From: Hydrolagus colliei
Lineage: Eukaryota
Length of the DNA stretch: 64,000 nt
Assembly: GCA_035084275.1 (NCBI GenBank)
Contig: CM068758.1
Span: 10,540,001-10,604,000, forward strand
Direction: 5' to 3'
Shown: positions 38,301 through 51,489 of the stretch, piece after piece
How positions within the stretch are numbered: position 1 is the stretch's first letter
How the letters are laid out: every line of letters starts with the position of its first letter
The notes under the pieces: model-generated
What the model was told of the DNA's origin: nothing
The model's database searches: none
What the model saw: the letters and a program-made list of their open reading frames with translations, nothing else
Program-made: the position numbers and the translations under genes

Positions 38301-39639
38301 TTGGAGTCATTGAGATGACATTATTGCATTAGTATGTTAGATATTACAAGGAGATTAATGAGTTCTTGCAGAATTAAAATAATACCCCAGTTATTTGCTC
38401 ATTTGGAATATAACCTGGTTTTGACTACAACTATTTTGAAAGTTGCTTTGGCCAATGCATCTTCTCTGATATCGATGGAGGATAAGATTGTTTTAAAATA
38501 TATCCTTCAATGTTCTTCCTAAAAACACTTCTGGGTTATATGTGAACCAATTTCTGATTAGTTGCTTTCGTTCCCTTGAAGAGTTTAATCTAGGATTTAG
38601 TGTTTCTATCTTGATACTGTAGTTACAAAATCTTTGTTCCAATGTGAATTAAAGTAAAACTCATTGTTTACCTCGCCAGCCCTTTTCCAGAAACAAAGGG
38701 CTTCTTTGACCCATCTCTAAGCAAAGAGCTAAATACTCTCTGAATGGTTGGTGAAATGTATTTCTCACAGTTGTCCTTCAGCCAGCAAATCTCAGCTTTA
38801 GTCAGATTTACTGTGGTGGGAAGAGCATGACACTTAGGTTTGAGCATTTAAATTTATCGATTTTAAGCATCTGTGTTCTTGAAACAAAACCTGTGGAGGA
38901 ATCTGGTTTCTTTAATGGTCTTTTTTCTAGATGGTTTGAACTTGGATTATCCCTTTATTGCTGATAGGATTGTATAGAATAGTTACATTTTGTAGCATTT
39001 CCTGTTGATGTTGAATACTTTTGTTATTGACTTTTGGACTTTACTGGGGAAGGAAGATAATGGGTATTTACTTGACCACAAAATTCCCTTAATTGTAGTA
39101 ACATTTCAATCAATTAATCAAAACTTACATTTATGTAGCACCTTTCATATCGAGAGGATGTCCCAAGGCGCTGTACAGTTAGGTAGGGACAAGAATGTCT
39201 TGCATATAAATTCTTACCGCTAGAGTGTTCCTTCCTGGAGAATCAAAGCTATGGTAATACATTATGTTCTACATTTACTAAAGAATATATTTTTTCTTTG
39301 ATTCTATCTAAACAAATCCATATCCTGTGACTAATGTACTCCTTTGTATTGACCTTGTTGAACTTTGAACGTTTTTTATTTCCCTGTTACTGATTGAGTT
39401 CCATATATCACATCTGGTTACCCTTTTGGAAATCTATATTCCAGGGTCATTCCCTCCTTAGTAAAGTGCCAGATGCCAATAATTGGTTCCAATCTGTTCT
39501 CCAGTCTTTTTTTCTGTCCTATGATGTGAGGAGGCGATGTTTGTCAAATTTAATCAGTACACATCTTTTTAATTGCCTGAGCTAACTCACCCAATGTAGT
39601 GGATCTGTAGACTTGCCATTCAAAACAAAATTTCATGGA

Positions 39640-40030
39640 CTGCTCTGTTGGTTCAGCAAATTCATCGAGGACAGAACTGACCCCTGAAAGATTCAAGACG
39701 GTTCTAATTTCATCTCCTAATCTGCTAAATTAGTTGATTTCATAACAAATTGCAATGTTGCAAGTGGTCACAGTTCCCTGGATTAAGGAGAAAATGCACC
39801 AGGTTAACGTTCCTGTTCAATGTCCAGTAACCCTACCAACTCCTCCACTGGAAAGTATGCATGTATGGACGTTGAATGAGGATATGAACTGTATTGGACG
39901 CATTAGCTCACCACTACTACCTGTAAGTGCAGTGATTAAATATAGCCTGCTGACATTCATTGTCAATTCGCACACAAATAGTGGCCACTTGTGTAAGGTA
40001 TTGGTGAGTGGCTGGCATTTGTGCAGGCAT
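39640..40030 (+). mobile_element. Ancient SINE resembling AmnSINE2
   Basis: Collinear blocks GCTAAATTAGTTGATTTCA, CTGGAAAGTATGCATGTATGGACGTTGAATGAGGA, AATATAGCCTGCTGACATTCATTGTC and TGGCCACTTGTGTAAGGTA match my recollection of the AmnSINE2 consensus with CpG decay; needs a Dfam check. Confidence 0.55.
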
Positions 40031-42079
40031 ATGACAGGAGATGGACGAAAATGAGTCAAGCAAAAGACAGAAAAATAATCCTGTGAATGAAGACTTGGCA
40101 AAACATGACAATAGCTGATGTATGGTTGTTTTGATGGGCAATGTATACAAATGTAATTTTGTTGTTGTTGTTGTTTACCCAATCAAACCTGCCTATCCTT
40201 GATGTTTTGGTATCTGATATCAGTTAAGCAAAGAATGAAAGTGTTACTAAACAGTGTTAAACAAAAGTTTCTTTCATCTGGAGAAGGACTGAAGGATACG
40301 AGACCTGCCATCAAGACATCCGTCTTCTGAAAAGCTAGTTTAAACGTTTTTTATAAAAGAAAATGAGTGAATTGTGGCTGCATTCTCCAAAGATGTTGAT
40401 CTCTTTTTGATACAAATTAACTGCATTTTATAACTATCAAAGCTACATGGCACAATCATTAATATATTCATGTTTTCTTCATTGCCGTGTGCTTTGAACT
40501 TTTGAAACAAATCTTAAGATTACATCCAGTTTCTTTTGGTGTAAATGGATTGGAGTTTGAAATTGCTTTCTCAACATGTCTTATTACAAAGCATTAATCC
40601 TGAGGGGAAAAAAAGGCTGTTTGGATTTTTTGTAAATAATACTTTTTGTTTGATAGTAAGCAAGTTTTAGATAAAGTAATAGAAAGTAACTAAATTGGGA
40701 CTCAATTGCTGAGTTTGATGGAATTTCTTAAGGCAGGCAATCTATTACAACAATACCAAAACACTTTTTAGATTCTAGATGTCTGTATGCCAGATGTTTC
40801 CTGCAGCCTACTAAATTATGCTTGTATTTTAACCAATATTGTTTTTGAGTAACTTAACTGTATATTTTTCAGTATACACAAGATTAAGAAAAGCATGGGA
40901 TTTATTAAACTACTAAATAATTGTAATAAAATTTCATAATTGTTAATTAGGTTTATATATGTATGATAAGTTATTTATAGTTTTTCTTTCCCTTCCAGAA
41001 GTAGGTTTAAAGCAATTATAGTGTCTCAGCACAGATTACGTTTTGAGTCTGCCTGACTCAGTGCCGCGTCTCTACCCAGTGCGATTTGGGGGGATTTATT
41101 TGTTCAGGTTTGAGGTGACTACAATGTACGTTGATTGTTTGTGTGTGAGTGTAAAATCACAGATTCTATTAAGCAACTATTTTTGGACAATGTCCTGATG
41201 TACTACTTCTACGGTTATAACTTTTGAGCCCTATTGATTTCAGAATCCATGTTGCAGGCAAAACTGCAACATATTATTAATTATTTGATATTAACTGCCC
41301 TTGTATATGGCACTGCAACAATGTCAATGGTGGTGACCTCAGAATGTGCTGCAGTAAAATGCATTCATCTAACTAACTCTGTGAAAGTATTAAACTGACT
41401 GTAATTTCATATCTAAAAATAGAGATGTCAAAGACTACCATGCATTTATTTAATTGTGCATTATGTGTATGAGTAGGCGAACTACTGTATTGCCACAAAT
41501 ATTTTATGTTTTAACTTGTTATTTGTTGTATAGGATACATTTGTATTCACATTATGCGATCAGGTCTGTACATATAGGTTTTTCGTATTGTAGGGAAGTA
41601 CATTAGAAATTCTAGAAACAATAGTTATAGTGATGATTTGTTATTGTTGAAATTAATAAAGCTTTGGACCAGGTTTTCTTGTGTTGTAATTTGGTAAATT
41701 TTATTTCCTCTGTGTCAATAATTTGATTTAAGTGCAAATTAAATTTACTGAAATGTAGTATTGGTAGCCTTTTTGAAAAACACAAGACAACTCAGCTTTG
41801 TGCTGACCGTGCACAAACCTTCCATAAAACAGAATGCATGTGAGGTGAGTTGGAGTTGTTACTAACTAAAATGGTACAAGCATCCTTAGGGTTAGGAGAA
41901 TTCTAATTACAGTATTGCAAAAAAAAACATTTCCAAATAATACTGTTAAATACTGTGTATATATTTAATGTCTATGCAAATTTTGTGGAATCTTTTAAAC
42001 TATGTTGCCAAATAAGAAAACACATACATAATGTTGTAATAAACACAACTAATTCTGTAATACTAGATATGGGTGGATA

Positions 42080-42550
42080 ATAATAATTCATGAGTTTGAT
42101 CCTTGTCTTATCATGTTGTTGATATGTCTCAAAGCGTTTCATAGGATATACTGTAAAGTGGAGTGACTATTTTTTTGGCAGAAATGGGGAGCCAATTGCG
42201 CACATTGATGTCTCACAAACAGTCGTGGAGTAAGTGATCAATCTTATTTGGGGGAAATTGTTGGCCTAGACACCACTACCTCTGTTTACCTAGCAGTAAG
42301 TAGGAAACAGGTGGTTACAATTGGAGGATCACTGTTACGGGCATAATAATCTTTTTTAAAAAAATGATAATTCTTTGATCACTCAATCCATGACAGTTTG
42401 TGGGACACTGCTGCGTGCAATCAGCTGCCGCATTCAGTCCACAAATATACAGTCAATTTACTTGACCGTATATTCTTTAAAACGCTACGAGGTGTGAAAA
42501 GAAGATGTGAAAAGGGCTATGGGCTATATCAAATGCAAGGATTATTATTA
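42080..42550. mobile_element. Two back-to-back SINE 3' halves (minus about 42080-42270, plus about 42275-42550)
   Basis: Outward-pointing tails with Deu bodies in opposite orientation. Confidence 0.75.
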
Positions 42551-45235
42551 ACCAGAATTTAGGATTGTATTGTGAAGGGTGGGGTAATCACCAGGAATAT
42601 TTTTGAACAATTAATTGTAACCAAAAGGAATATCCTTATATGATGTAGCTAGATTACAAGACGGTTTAGAAACCATTAACATTTGCAAATTAGTCAGAGA
42701 TCCTTCAGGAATATAATGCCATCTACAAAATGATCTATTGTCTGTAATTATGTTTAATCTTTGGATCATGTCTGTAGAGGTCATTCTCCTGCCTCATCAA
42801 TATCGAGTGGTAATTGCTTGAACTTTAGATATGGTGACAGAAAAAATGAATTATTAGGGTGCAAAATTGTTAGCTACATGTATCTTTTCACTCCTTACAA
42901 GCAGAAGTTCTCTTTCTAATGTTTCTCTTAATCACTAGAGATTCTGATACTGGAGTGAGCTTCTGGAATACTTGTTACCTTGTTACCTCCAAAACGTTTT
43001 GCAGTGAATGGAGTTCTAAATCTATCTTTGCATTGCAAAGATCTGGGATGATTTAAGTTATATAAAATTGCTAGGAACAGCTAGAGACTGGAGATGGCAA
43101 CATTATTTTTCACCTTGCACCCATAGCGCTTTGGGACGTCCTCCCGATGTGAATGGTGCTCTATAAATGTAATTTTATTTATAGTTGTTCTTGTAAAATG
43201 TGAGTTTTCCCCAGTTTACGTGCTGCAGAAGCAGGGTGTTTTTCTCTTTCTCCGCCCCACCTATTGGACAGAACTCGTAAATGGTAGTATCTGTACTGCT
43301 TTTGCATATTCTCAGTGTCACCGCAAGTTTAGTGATCCAGGGAAAGCGATCCACCAATTGACTATCATTTGGGTTCCGACTTACTGCTTGGTAATCAGGT
43401 GTGTGGAAGCGAGTGCTTTAACCACCAAGCTACAGGACTCCACTTGTAATATACACTATAACATATATTATATATATTTACAAATATTTCTTGATAAATA
43501 TTAACTTGTGAACAAAGGAGTTTACAGATTCTATATTTACCAGATGGTTGGCATTTGCGTTATAACTGAAATGTCAAAAGCCTGAGGCTGACTAAAAGCT
43601 TTACGCTCATTCTTCAAAGGTACTTAATAATCATATGGTATGGTATTCAGGATTTCATTTTTTTAAAACGAAAAAGCTATTGCTCTGGGACCTGTACAAG
43701 AATTAATCTTTAACCAAACACAAAAAGTGTAAAAAAAAATGAGTGAAAATGTATGTCAAGTAACCTTCAACCCATGTGGGCCTCAGATGCAATGAGTAGA
43801 ATATTTTTCCAAATACTTGGTTATTGATATTTGTGTCCAGTTTGATAGGATAATTTTTCAAATTACAATTTTTTTCCCCTCAGGACTTTAGTTTGTGTAG
43901 CATTGGATTAGTTTCAAACTGAAACTTAAGAGTTTCTTAGCCCCTAGTAAACCACTGCAGTGCAGTATGTACTAACCAAATGAACAGTAATTGAGATTCT
44001 TCTGAACAGGGCTGGTGTGCATGATCATATGGTTTTAATTGGTCTTTCAGTGCATTTTGATCTTGTTTATGCCTTGCTCTGTAAACACTTTATTTACACA
44101 AATAATATTGTTTTCCACTTTCTCAACTGTCTCTTGCGCACAGCAATGATGAAACTTGTTATCCTGCATATTTCAAATTGCCTGTCTTCAGCTGATATTG
44201 GTTGGAAACCGGTGCAGAGAGGTAAAATAAATCTTTTGAACTTCTGAGCCGAGACATCTGTGTAATATCTTATTCAGCAGCTTGACCAACAAAGTGTAAG
44301 TGGTTGAATATGTGCCCATCTATGCTGAAGTTTAAACCAGGATATGACGTAAGGTTTTTAGGCCTCTCTGCAAGAAAATAATTGATCAGGGTTCTGATCT
44401 ATGTCCTTTGTAATCTCTGCTGAAAAATATTCATATCAAGTCAATTCATGTCAACTAAAGGGCTGTTGGCCCTTTATGTAGTTATTAATAAATCTGAAAA
44501 AAATCACTGGAAGAGAAGCAAAAAAGAATAGTGTGGGGGGAAAAAGATTAAGAGTGAATTTCTGGCATTGTTTTATGTCTCTTCAGCACAGCATAGTTGC
44601 TATTAATGTGCTTTATGATTTTGCTCCATGGGCTGAATCAGACAGCACGGATCAGTTTCCTTTCTTGCACTTGAAAAACTAATAAGTACATTGATTAGTT
44701 TGACCTGGCCCAAGTTGTGTAAGGAGTCTAATGGCAATCACACTGCGTTCTTTGCAAAAATGTTTGGTTGTTAAGCATTTTCCCTCAAAATAGTGGCCTT
44801 CACCCATCATCTTATTAGGATAGTTTTGCAACTTGCATTATAAGCATTTTTCTATTGCAGTGTTCCATGCCAGAAAAAAAATCACTACCTAAAATAGTTT
44901 GAAAGTATTTAGGATGTTCAAGCAGTTTTTTCACTTTTTATTCAAGAACCATATTCACCCTTTTGAATTACCAATGCTTATATTGATAGAAACCAAATAT
45001 GCAAAATACTTTTACTTCATATAGTTTTACCTAATTGAGATTTCCTCATGTAAATAAACGTTTATATAATAATAGTACTAACCAGGTAGCACATTTTCTG
45101 CTTAGCAAAGACCATTTGAATTGACAGGATATTCCGGCAAATGACTCCTGATGGTTAAATTACTGTGCAGTTTCTCCCTTTGCAAATCATGACTAAAAAC
45201 ACTATGGCAAAACATTCAATTCAAACAATCAAAAT

Positions 45236-45605
45236 TGGATCATGTAGTGGTTAGAGCACTCACCTTGGAAGCGAGAGGGCCTAGGTTTGTATCCTGTGCA
45301 GGGCGAAACATTGGATTTGGAAATATAAAGTTTCCTTACTCCACATGCCTGCTTTCCTAGTACAGTAGTAAGTAGGAAATGTTAGTTGATTGGCGGATCA
45401 ATTTCTGGGGTAATAATCTCTTCAAATAAATCAATAAACAATGATAGTTTGATTACTCAACCCACGACTGTTTGTGGGATACTGCTGTGTGCAATTGGCT
45501 GCTAGATTTCATCCACAAAACAATTTACTTACAATATATTTACAATGTATTCTGTGAAGTGCTTTGAGGCGCTTTATCATATACAAGCATTATTTGTAAT
45601 ATTAT
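45236..45605 (+). mobile_element. Long-form Deu-domain SINE
   Basis: Head GTGGTTAGAGCACTCACC, long-form segment CTAGTACAGTAGTAAGTAGGAAA, body and tail. Confidence 0.85.
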
Positions 45606-48600
45606 CATTAAATAGAGGCTCCTGCTCTTATATTTCATGTTTCATAGAGCGGTTTGACCAAGATATAAATATATTATAACTACTCCATAATATCTTGTAA
45701 AATTTCACAAAACAATATTATTTTAAAAAATCTTGTTGGAAAGCATCAAACAGAAGCTTGTTCAGATTTGTGCTTGTTATAAAACAGAACTTTTCAGAAG
45801 CACAGAGTCCTAAATTCAATTATTGGTCTCTGCTGTTATTTGATTTCAGATGGCCTGAATTGGGCCCTTCAGCTGCTATAAATTGAGCACTTTGGTGAGG
45901 AATTTAGGGTAACTGGTGCCTGTGGAGCCATACACCAATGATTCATTGGCATAAGAGATATTTAAATTGTGAATAGCTATGAGTCTCTTTATACATTGAT
46001 TGCTAATATTTGCCGTTCGAAGTTCTATTTGTGGTACATTAAATTATTCTGTAGGTACTACTTTTTGGATTGACCTGTTTTAGTCAGTATTGATATGGAA
46101 TACAAAACACATCATATTCTGTTCCTGATGGATCTCCCAAGGGACACTTTCCCTGGAGAGTTCAATGTCCTCCTTGAAGTGAGCATATTTAGTATTAAAA
46201 AAAGCTTATGTTTATCAGAGTTATTTTTGAATTTATAATAGAGCTTCTGAAGTCTCCACTCTCCAGTGATTTCTCTCAATCTGTAATCTCACTAGATTTC
46301 CTATGTTAGCTCCTTGAGCTGGATAGTGTCGAGAGACAACCTGTTAATAATCAGAAAGTGAGAGGTACAGCAATTACAGAAGAGTTTACATATCTTTCTA
46401 GTGAAAAGTAATATTTTCAGCCATTTGTGTTCTCTCTCCAAGGAATGCAAAAAACAGAAGCTGCTCCTGATTCACCAGAGAATGTTACTGCATGTGCAGT
46501 AAGAAGCTGTGATTAATAGCTTGGTAGTATGGCATGTATATTCTACTACAGTGTAAGATATGGCCAATGCATTTGTTTAATATTCAGTCTGAAATATATT
46601 GTTTGCTATGGGATGAGGCTAAATAAAAGACCAATGAACTGTTCATATTAATAGATTTAACTTGCATGTTTTCTTATAGCAGTGATTGACCCAAACTAAG
46701 GTTAGGTTTTTTTGGGTGCATATTTAATGCGTTTTCACACATTTGCATTAACCAATTTTACTTGAGAGATTGTTGACCAGGATACCAGGAGAAACTCCTT
46801 TCTCTTTTCGAAATAGTGTTATAGGATTATAACGTCCACCTGAAACATGAGATAATGTCTCAGCCGAAGAACGACATCTCCAACAGCATATAATGCATTC
46901 GCAGCAATACATTAGAGTGTCATCCTAGACTATGGGAGTGGTAAATCCCAGTTAGGATAGTTATCAATGAAAATTGGTAAAAATTGACTAATAGTTCTAA
47001 GCTATCTTTAATTCCAATGTACAGTACCACACAGTTTCAACCATTGTGAGCTTTTTCACCACTAAAATATAGTATGACTCCAACACAACATGATCGCAAT
47101 AGTAATGTGGTACCCAGCTGCAGGTTTCATTCCATTGAATGCTCATTTTAGTTGTACAGCATATCATGATTGACCACAATAAATCCTTTACTTAATGAAA
47201 ACTGTTCAGATGAGCAACCAGTGAAGTCTACATTGTTACTGAATGAAATGGAAAAGATAACGCAGTAATTAAAAAATGACAGTTGTTTTTTGTCTCCAAT
47301 CATATCTGACCACAGTGAAATTGTGAAACAAAATGAAATGGTTCATTCTTTGTAGCTATTTTATGTAGGATTGATCCAGTACCACAATTTTACATTTATT
47401 TTGATGTTGAACCTGATCGCAATAGATACACATGAAGTCAAAATCATCTCTTTCTTGTCAAAGCATTGAACCAGAAAATGCTTCACTGATTACTTTTAAA
47501 ATTAAAACAAATCTCACGGTAGACATCTAGAACTGTGCTGAGGACAGCTGAGTTATTTTTAATAAGCAAAATAATCGCTTCCAAAAGAGAGTTTTATATG
47601 GTCCATAGTTCCTGCTTTTCATTTTATGCCACAAACTGCCACTCTCAAGCAGCCTACCTGTATTAGGTAGGTTTTATGAGATTGTTAGCCATTGTTACAG
47701 TGAATCAAAGAATTGGGCTAACACAAAGTTTTCTGTCGATAATCTGAAAATTCTAAGATTATAATTATCTGCTTTTGTGCAAAAGCGAAACTCGTTTGAT
47801 CTGTGTCATTCACTAAACCTAGGAAACATTCTGCATTTAGGAAAAATCCCATTATAAGTGCAGAAGGAAAATTGCTAGCATTAGTTAACTGTATCCGTTT
47901 TTTCCACCCTCACCTTCCGCTCCCTTCCCTTGCATTACCAATGGGTGTGATTATTGAACAACAGTATCTCTCATAACTTTTAAATATTTTTCTGAGGAAT
48001 ACAAAAATTGACAACTTATCTTTAATGTGTAGAGCAAAGTGTGTTTATGGATTTTCATTTTGACTCCTTTCTATAGTGCAGAGGGAAAGAAAATGTAACT
48101 CTTGTTGGCTGAAAATGCTTTTCAGCCAACTCTAAAATGTTGTGTCAATCTTATCATAAGGTCTCTGAAATTAATAAGAAAACAATCCACTGTGGGAAAA
48201 AAAAGTGGAGTCTGGGAAGAAGAGGAAGAGAGAGAATGTGTTTCCATTTTGGTCATTGGGAAATGTCAAATCAATAGATATACTACTTTTTATTGTCCTG
48301 CTGTGTGTTGCTGTTCTCTGTTTATTTAGGTATGGGCTGTAATGGAATCTGAGCTATTGGCCAATTCGAGAAGGTATTGTTCAGTAGAGAGACGATTATC
48401 CTCAGCAATCGGTAATTTACAGATAAGCAGACATTTTGGATAATTGGACATTATGCAGGATACAAATTGTCTACAGAGCCGAGTAAAAAAAATCTATCTG
48501 AGGTTTCATGTAAGTGAAGCAGCAAATAACATAAAATTGATTATTACCTGATTACCTGGTCTCCAGAGAGGGCCTCTTCATTAATACTGACGCTTAACAA

Positions 48601-48634
48601 ACACAGAATGAATGGTTGCATTATAAAATATAAT

Positions 48635-49230
48635 GTAAAATAACATTTGTATAGCGCCTTCATGTTGGGAGGATGTCCCAAGGTGCTGGACAGCCAGTCA
48701 GGGATTTCAACTTGAGTAGGGGGATGGGATCAGGGAGTGGTGGGGCCAAAAGGCTGAAGGCCTGACCGCTGATGGTGGGGTGGGGAGATGTGGAGCAGGG
48801 CACAGCCTTGTACGGGAGCGGACAGGTTGATATGGGATTAGTAGGTCACAGAGGTAGGAAGGAGCAAGGCCGTCGGAGGGAAGAGTTGAAAAGGTCAAGA
48901 AGCAGTCAGTTGGCATAGACAAGCCTATATGTACTGAATGCATGGATGAGGGTATCAGCGGCCTGAGGGGTGAATCAGTGGCGGAGCTGGGCGATTTTGC
49001 AGAGGTAGGGGATGGCAGTGTAGATCATGGCACAGATGTGCGGCAGAGATTACAGTATAGGGTAAAACAAGACACCAAGGTTCTGGACTGGCTTAGTGAG
49101 GTGGAGTGCGATTCCATGGATGGTAATAGTGCCAGTGCTTGAGGTATGGAGGCGCTGACAGGAGCCAATCAGGAGGGCCTCAGACATTTTAACATTCAAG
49201 TAAAGAAAGTTAGCTCTCATCCAGGACTTC
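48635..49230 (-). mobile_element. Decayed L2 LINE 3' fragment
   Basis: Minus ORF GLAPSYLCDLLIPYQPVRS; L2 tail ATAGCGCCTTCATGTTGGGAGGATGTCCCAAGG. Confidence 0.8.
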
Positions 49231-49320
49231 TCAGCACATGCAAGGATTATTATTATTATTAGTAGTATTATTATTATTATTGTTATTATTATCAGTTGGT
49301 CCCAGAGGCAAAGAGATATA

Positions 49321-50036
49321 CAGTAAAAGCCTGTTTATCCGGCACCCGCGGGACCTGGCCAATGCTAGTTAAAACGACTACCGGATATTCGGGCAGCCCA
49401 CGGCCGAAAATGCACTCCCAAATTTTTTTATTTCTTTTAACACACACCATACACACCAGACTAAATAATAACAGATAATAACAGAATATTGTATTGGTAC
49501 TTAATGTTAAAACTACTCTCTTGCGCTTCTCATATTTACTGATTGAGTTTTACGGTCCAATGATTCTGTTTTAAATGGAGGACGCCAAGCGGGTGATAAA
49601 AAACGGCAGCGCGATTTTAAAGGTCTTGCGACTTTACTAGCGGCAAGCCGATAGCCCTAGATAGTCCTAGACTCTACTAGCAGCAAATCGAAATACTGCA
49701 CCTGCGCGACAATGTGGGTTATCGGCTAGCGTTATCGGCTGGCTTACTATGGCTTTGCCGGCTTACTATGGCTTTAAAGTTGCGCTCCATTTTTTTCTCC
49801 GGCTTGGAGTCCTCCGTTTTAAAAATCGCTGGACTATAAACATCAACTGCAGCATCATGGCTTCAAGCGCAGCATCTACTAGTAAAGATTATTATGTTAT
49901 TATTTATGCATGTACAAATGCTCCACTGCTATTGTTCCAGATAAGTTCCGGTTTATCAAATGGGGACTTCTTTTTGGGCATGCCGGTTATATGGAAGTGC
50001 CGGTTCATCGAGTCACGGATAAACGGGCTTCTACTG
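49321..50036 (+). mobile_element. Tigger-like MITE
   Basis: TA|CAGTAAAAGCCTGTTTATCCG ... CGGATAAACGGGCTTCTACTG|TA; internal inverted repeat. Confidence 0.92.
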
Positions 50037-50773
50037 TAGTTGGGTGGTATCTGTATTCTTGTGGAAGTTGACCCATGTCATTGGATGATGTCATCAAGAG
50101 TATATACATGTTGAAGAACTAGAAATGAGGAAAGCAGAAGGAAAATGAGATACTAACATTTGGAGGTTTTTTTAAAAAAAAATCAGGAGAGAAGAAAGAA
50201 GCATGATTTAGGTCTTTAATACCATTTGAATCATAGGGAGTGAAGTTGGGTGGCTGTTTAATTTAGACTGGCAGAATAATATGGTTGTGGAGGAGCAGGC
50301 ATTGATGGCTGAATGATATTTTGTATTCCGAGCTTATTGCCAAGATCAGCAGAATCACTTCCCATTTACTGGAAAGGGCAGCCTGTGCAATAGGGATGGA
50401 ACTTCAATTTTTTCCAGTGTTGGGTGTAGAAATCTGCTTTGCTTAGTACAGTACTGTACCTAACCTAGTGACTTGTTAAGATCAATTTGGATACTGATAC
50501 ATTATTTCTTTAGCTCAGGGAACTGATGCAAAGTTTAAAATATGTTTTACCAAGAACAGTTGCATTAATTTGCTAGTGGCTAAATGTTTCGGTACTGAAG
50601 CCAAAGTACTGTATTTCCCATTTTATGAACCACATAGAACACGTATTAATTCCACTGTTTGAGGGGTTTCATGCATGGAAACATTTATCTTTTGTAATAG
50701 TTGTTATGATTATCTATTCATGATTATCAGATGGATTTACCTTGCTGCAAGTTAAGCGGAGAATTGTACAGTA

Positions 50774-51484
50774 CAGTAAAAGCCCGTTTATCCAGCACCC
50801 ACGGGATCTGGCCGATGCCAGTTAAAGCGCCTGCCGGATATTCAGGTGGCCCGCGGCCGAAAACCCACGACAAAAAAATTAAAGTTCTTTTAACACACAC
50901 CATACACACCAAACTAAATAATAACATTATATTGTAATGGTACTTATTGTTAAAACTACTCTCTTGCGCTTCTCACCTTTATTGATTGAGGTTTACAGTC
51001 CAGCAATTCGTTTTTAAATGGAGGACGCCAAGCGAGTGAAAAGAACGGCAGCGCGATTTTAAAGTCTTATCGACTTTACTAGCGGCAAGCCGATAGCCCT
51101 AGACTCTACTAGCGGCAAATCAAAATACTGCACTTGTGTGACAATGTGGGTTATCGGCTAGCGTTATCGGCTTGCTGCTAGTATGGCTTTAAAATCGCGC
51201 TGCGTTTTTTTCACTCGCTTAGCGTCCTCTATATTAAAAAGAATCGCTGGACTATGAACCTCAACCGCAGCATCATGGCTTCAAGCACAGCATCTATTAG
51301 TAAAGGTAACGGTGAGAAGCGCAAGAGAGAAGTTTTAACAATATTCTGTTATTATGTTATAATTATGCATTTACTGCTATTGTTCTGGATAAGTTCTGAT
51401 TTATTGAATGGGGACTTTTTTGGAGGCGTGCCAGTTATACGGAAGTGCCGGTTCCACGAGTCACGGATAAACGGGCTTCTATTG
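50774..51484 (+). mobile_element. Tigger-like MITE, second copy of the same family
   Basis: TA|CAGTAAAAGCCCGTTTATCC ... GGATAAACGGGCTTCTATTG|TA; collinear with 49321-50036. Confidence 0.92.
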
Positions 51485-51489
51485 TATAT

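Noticed and set aside
44580-44660. REST/RE1-like half sites (TTCAGCAC ... GACAGC)
   Set aside because: Halves are incomplete and about 50 bp apart; not a canonical RE1.
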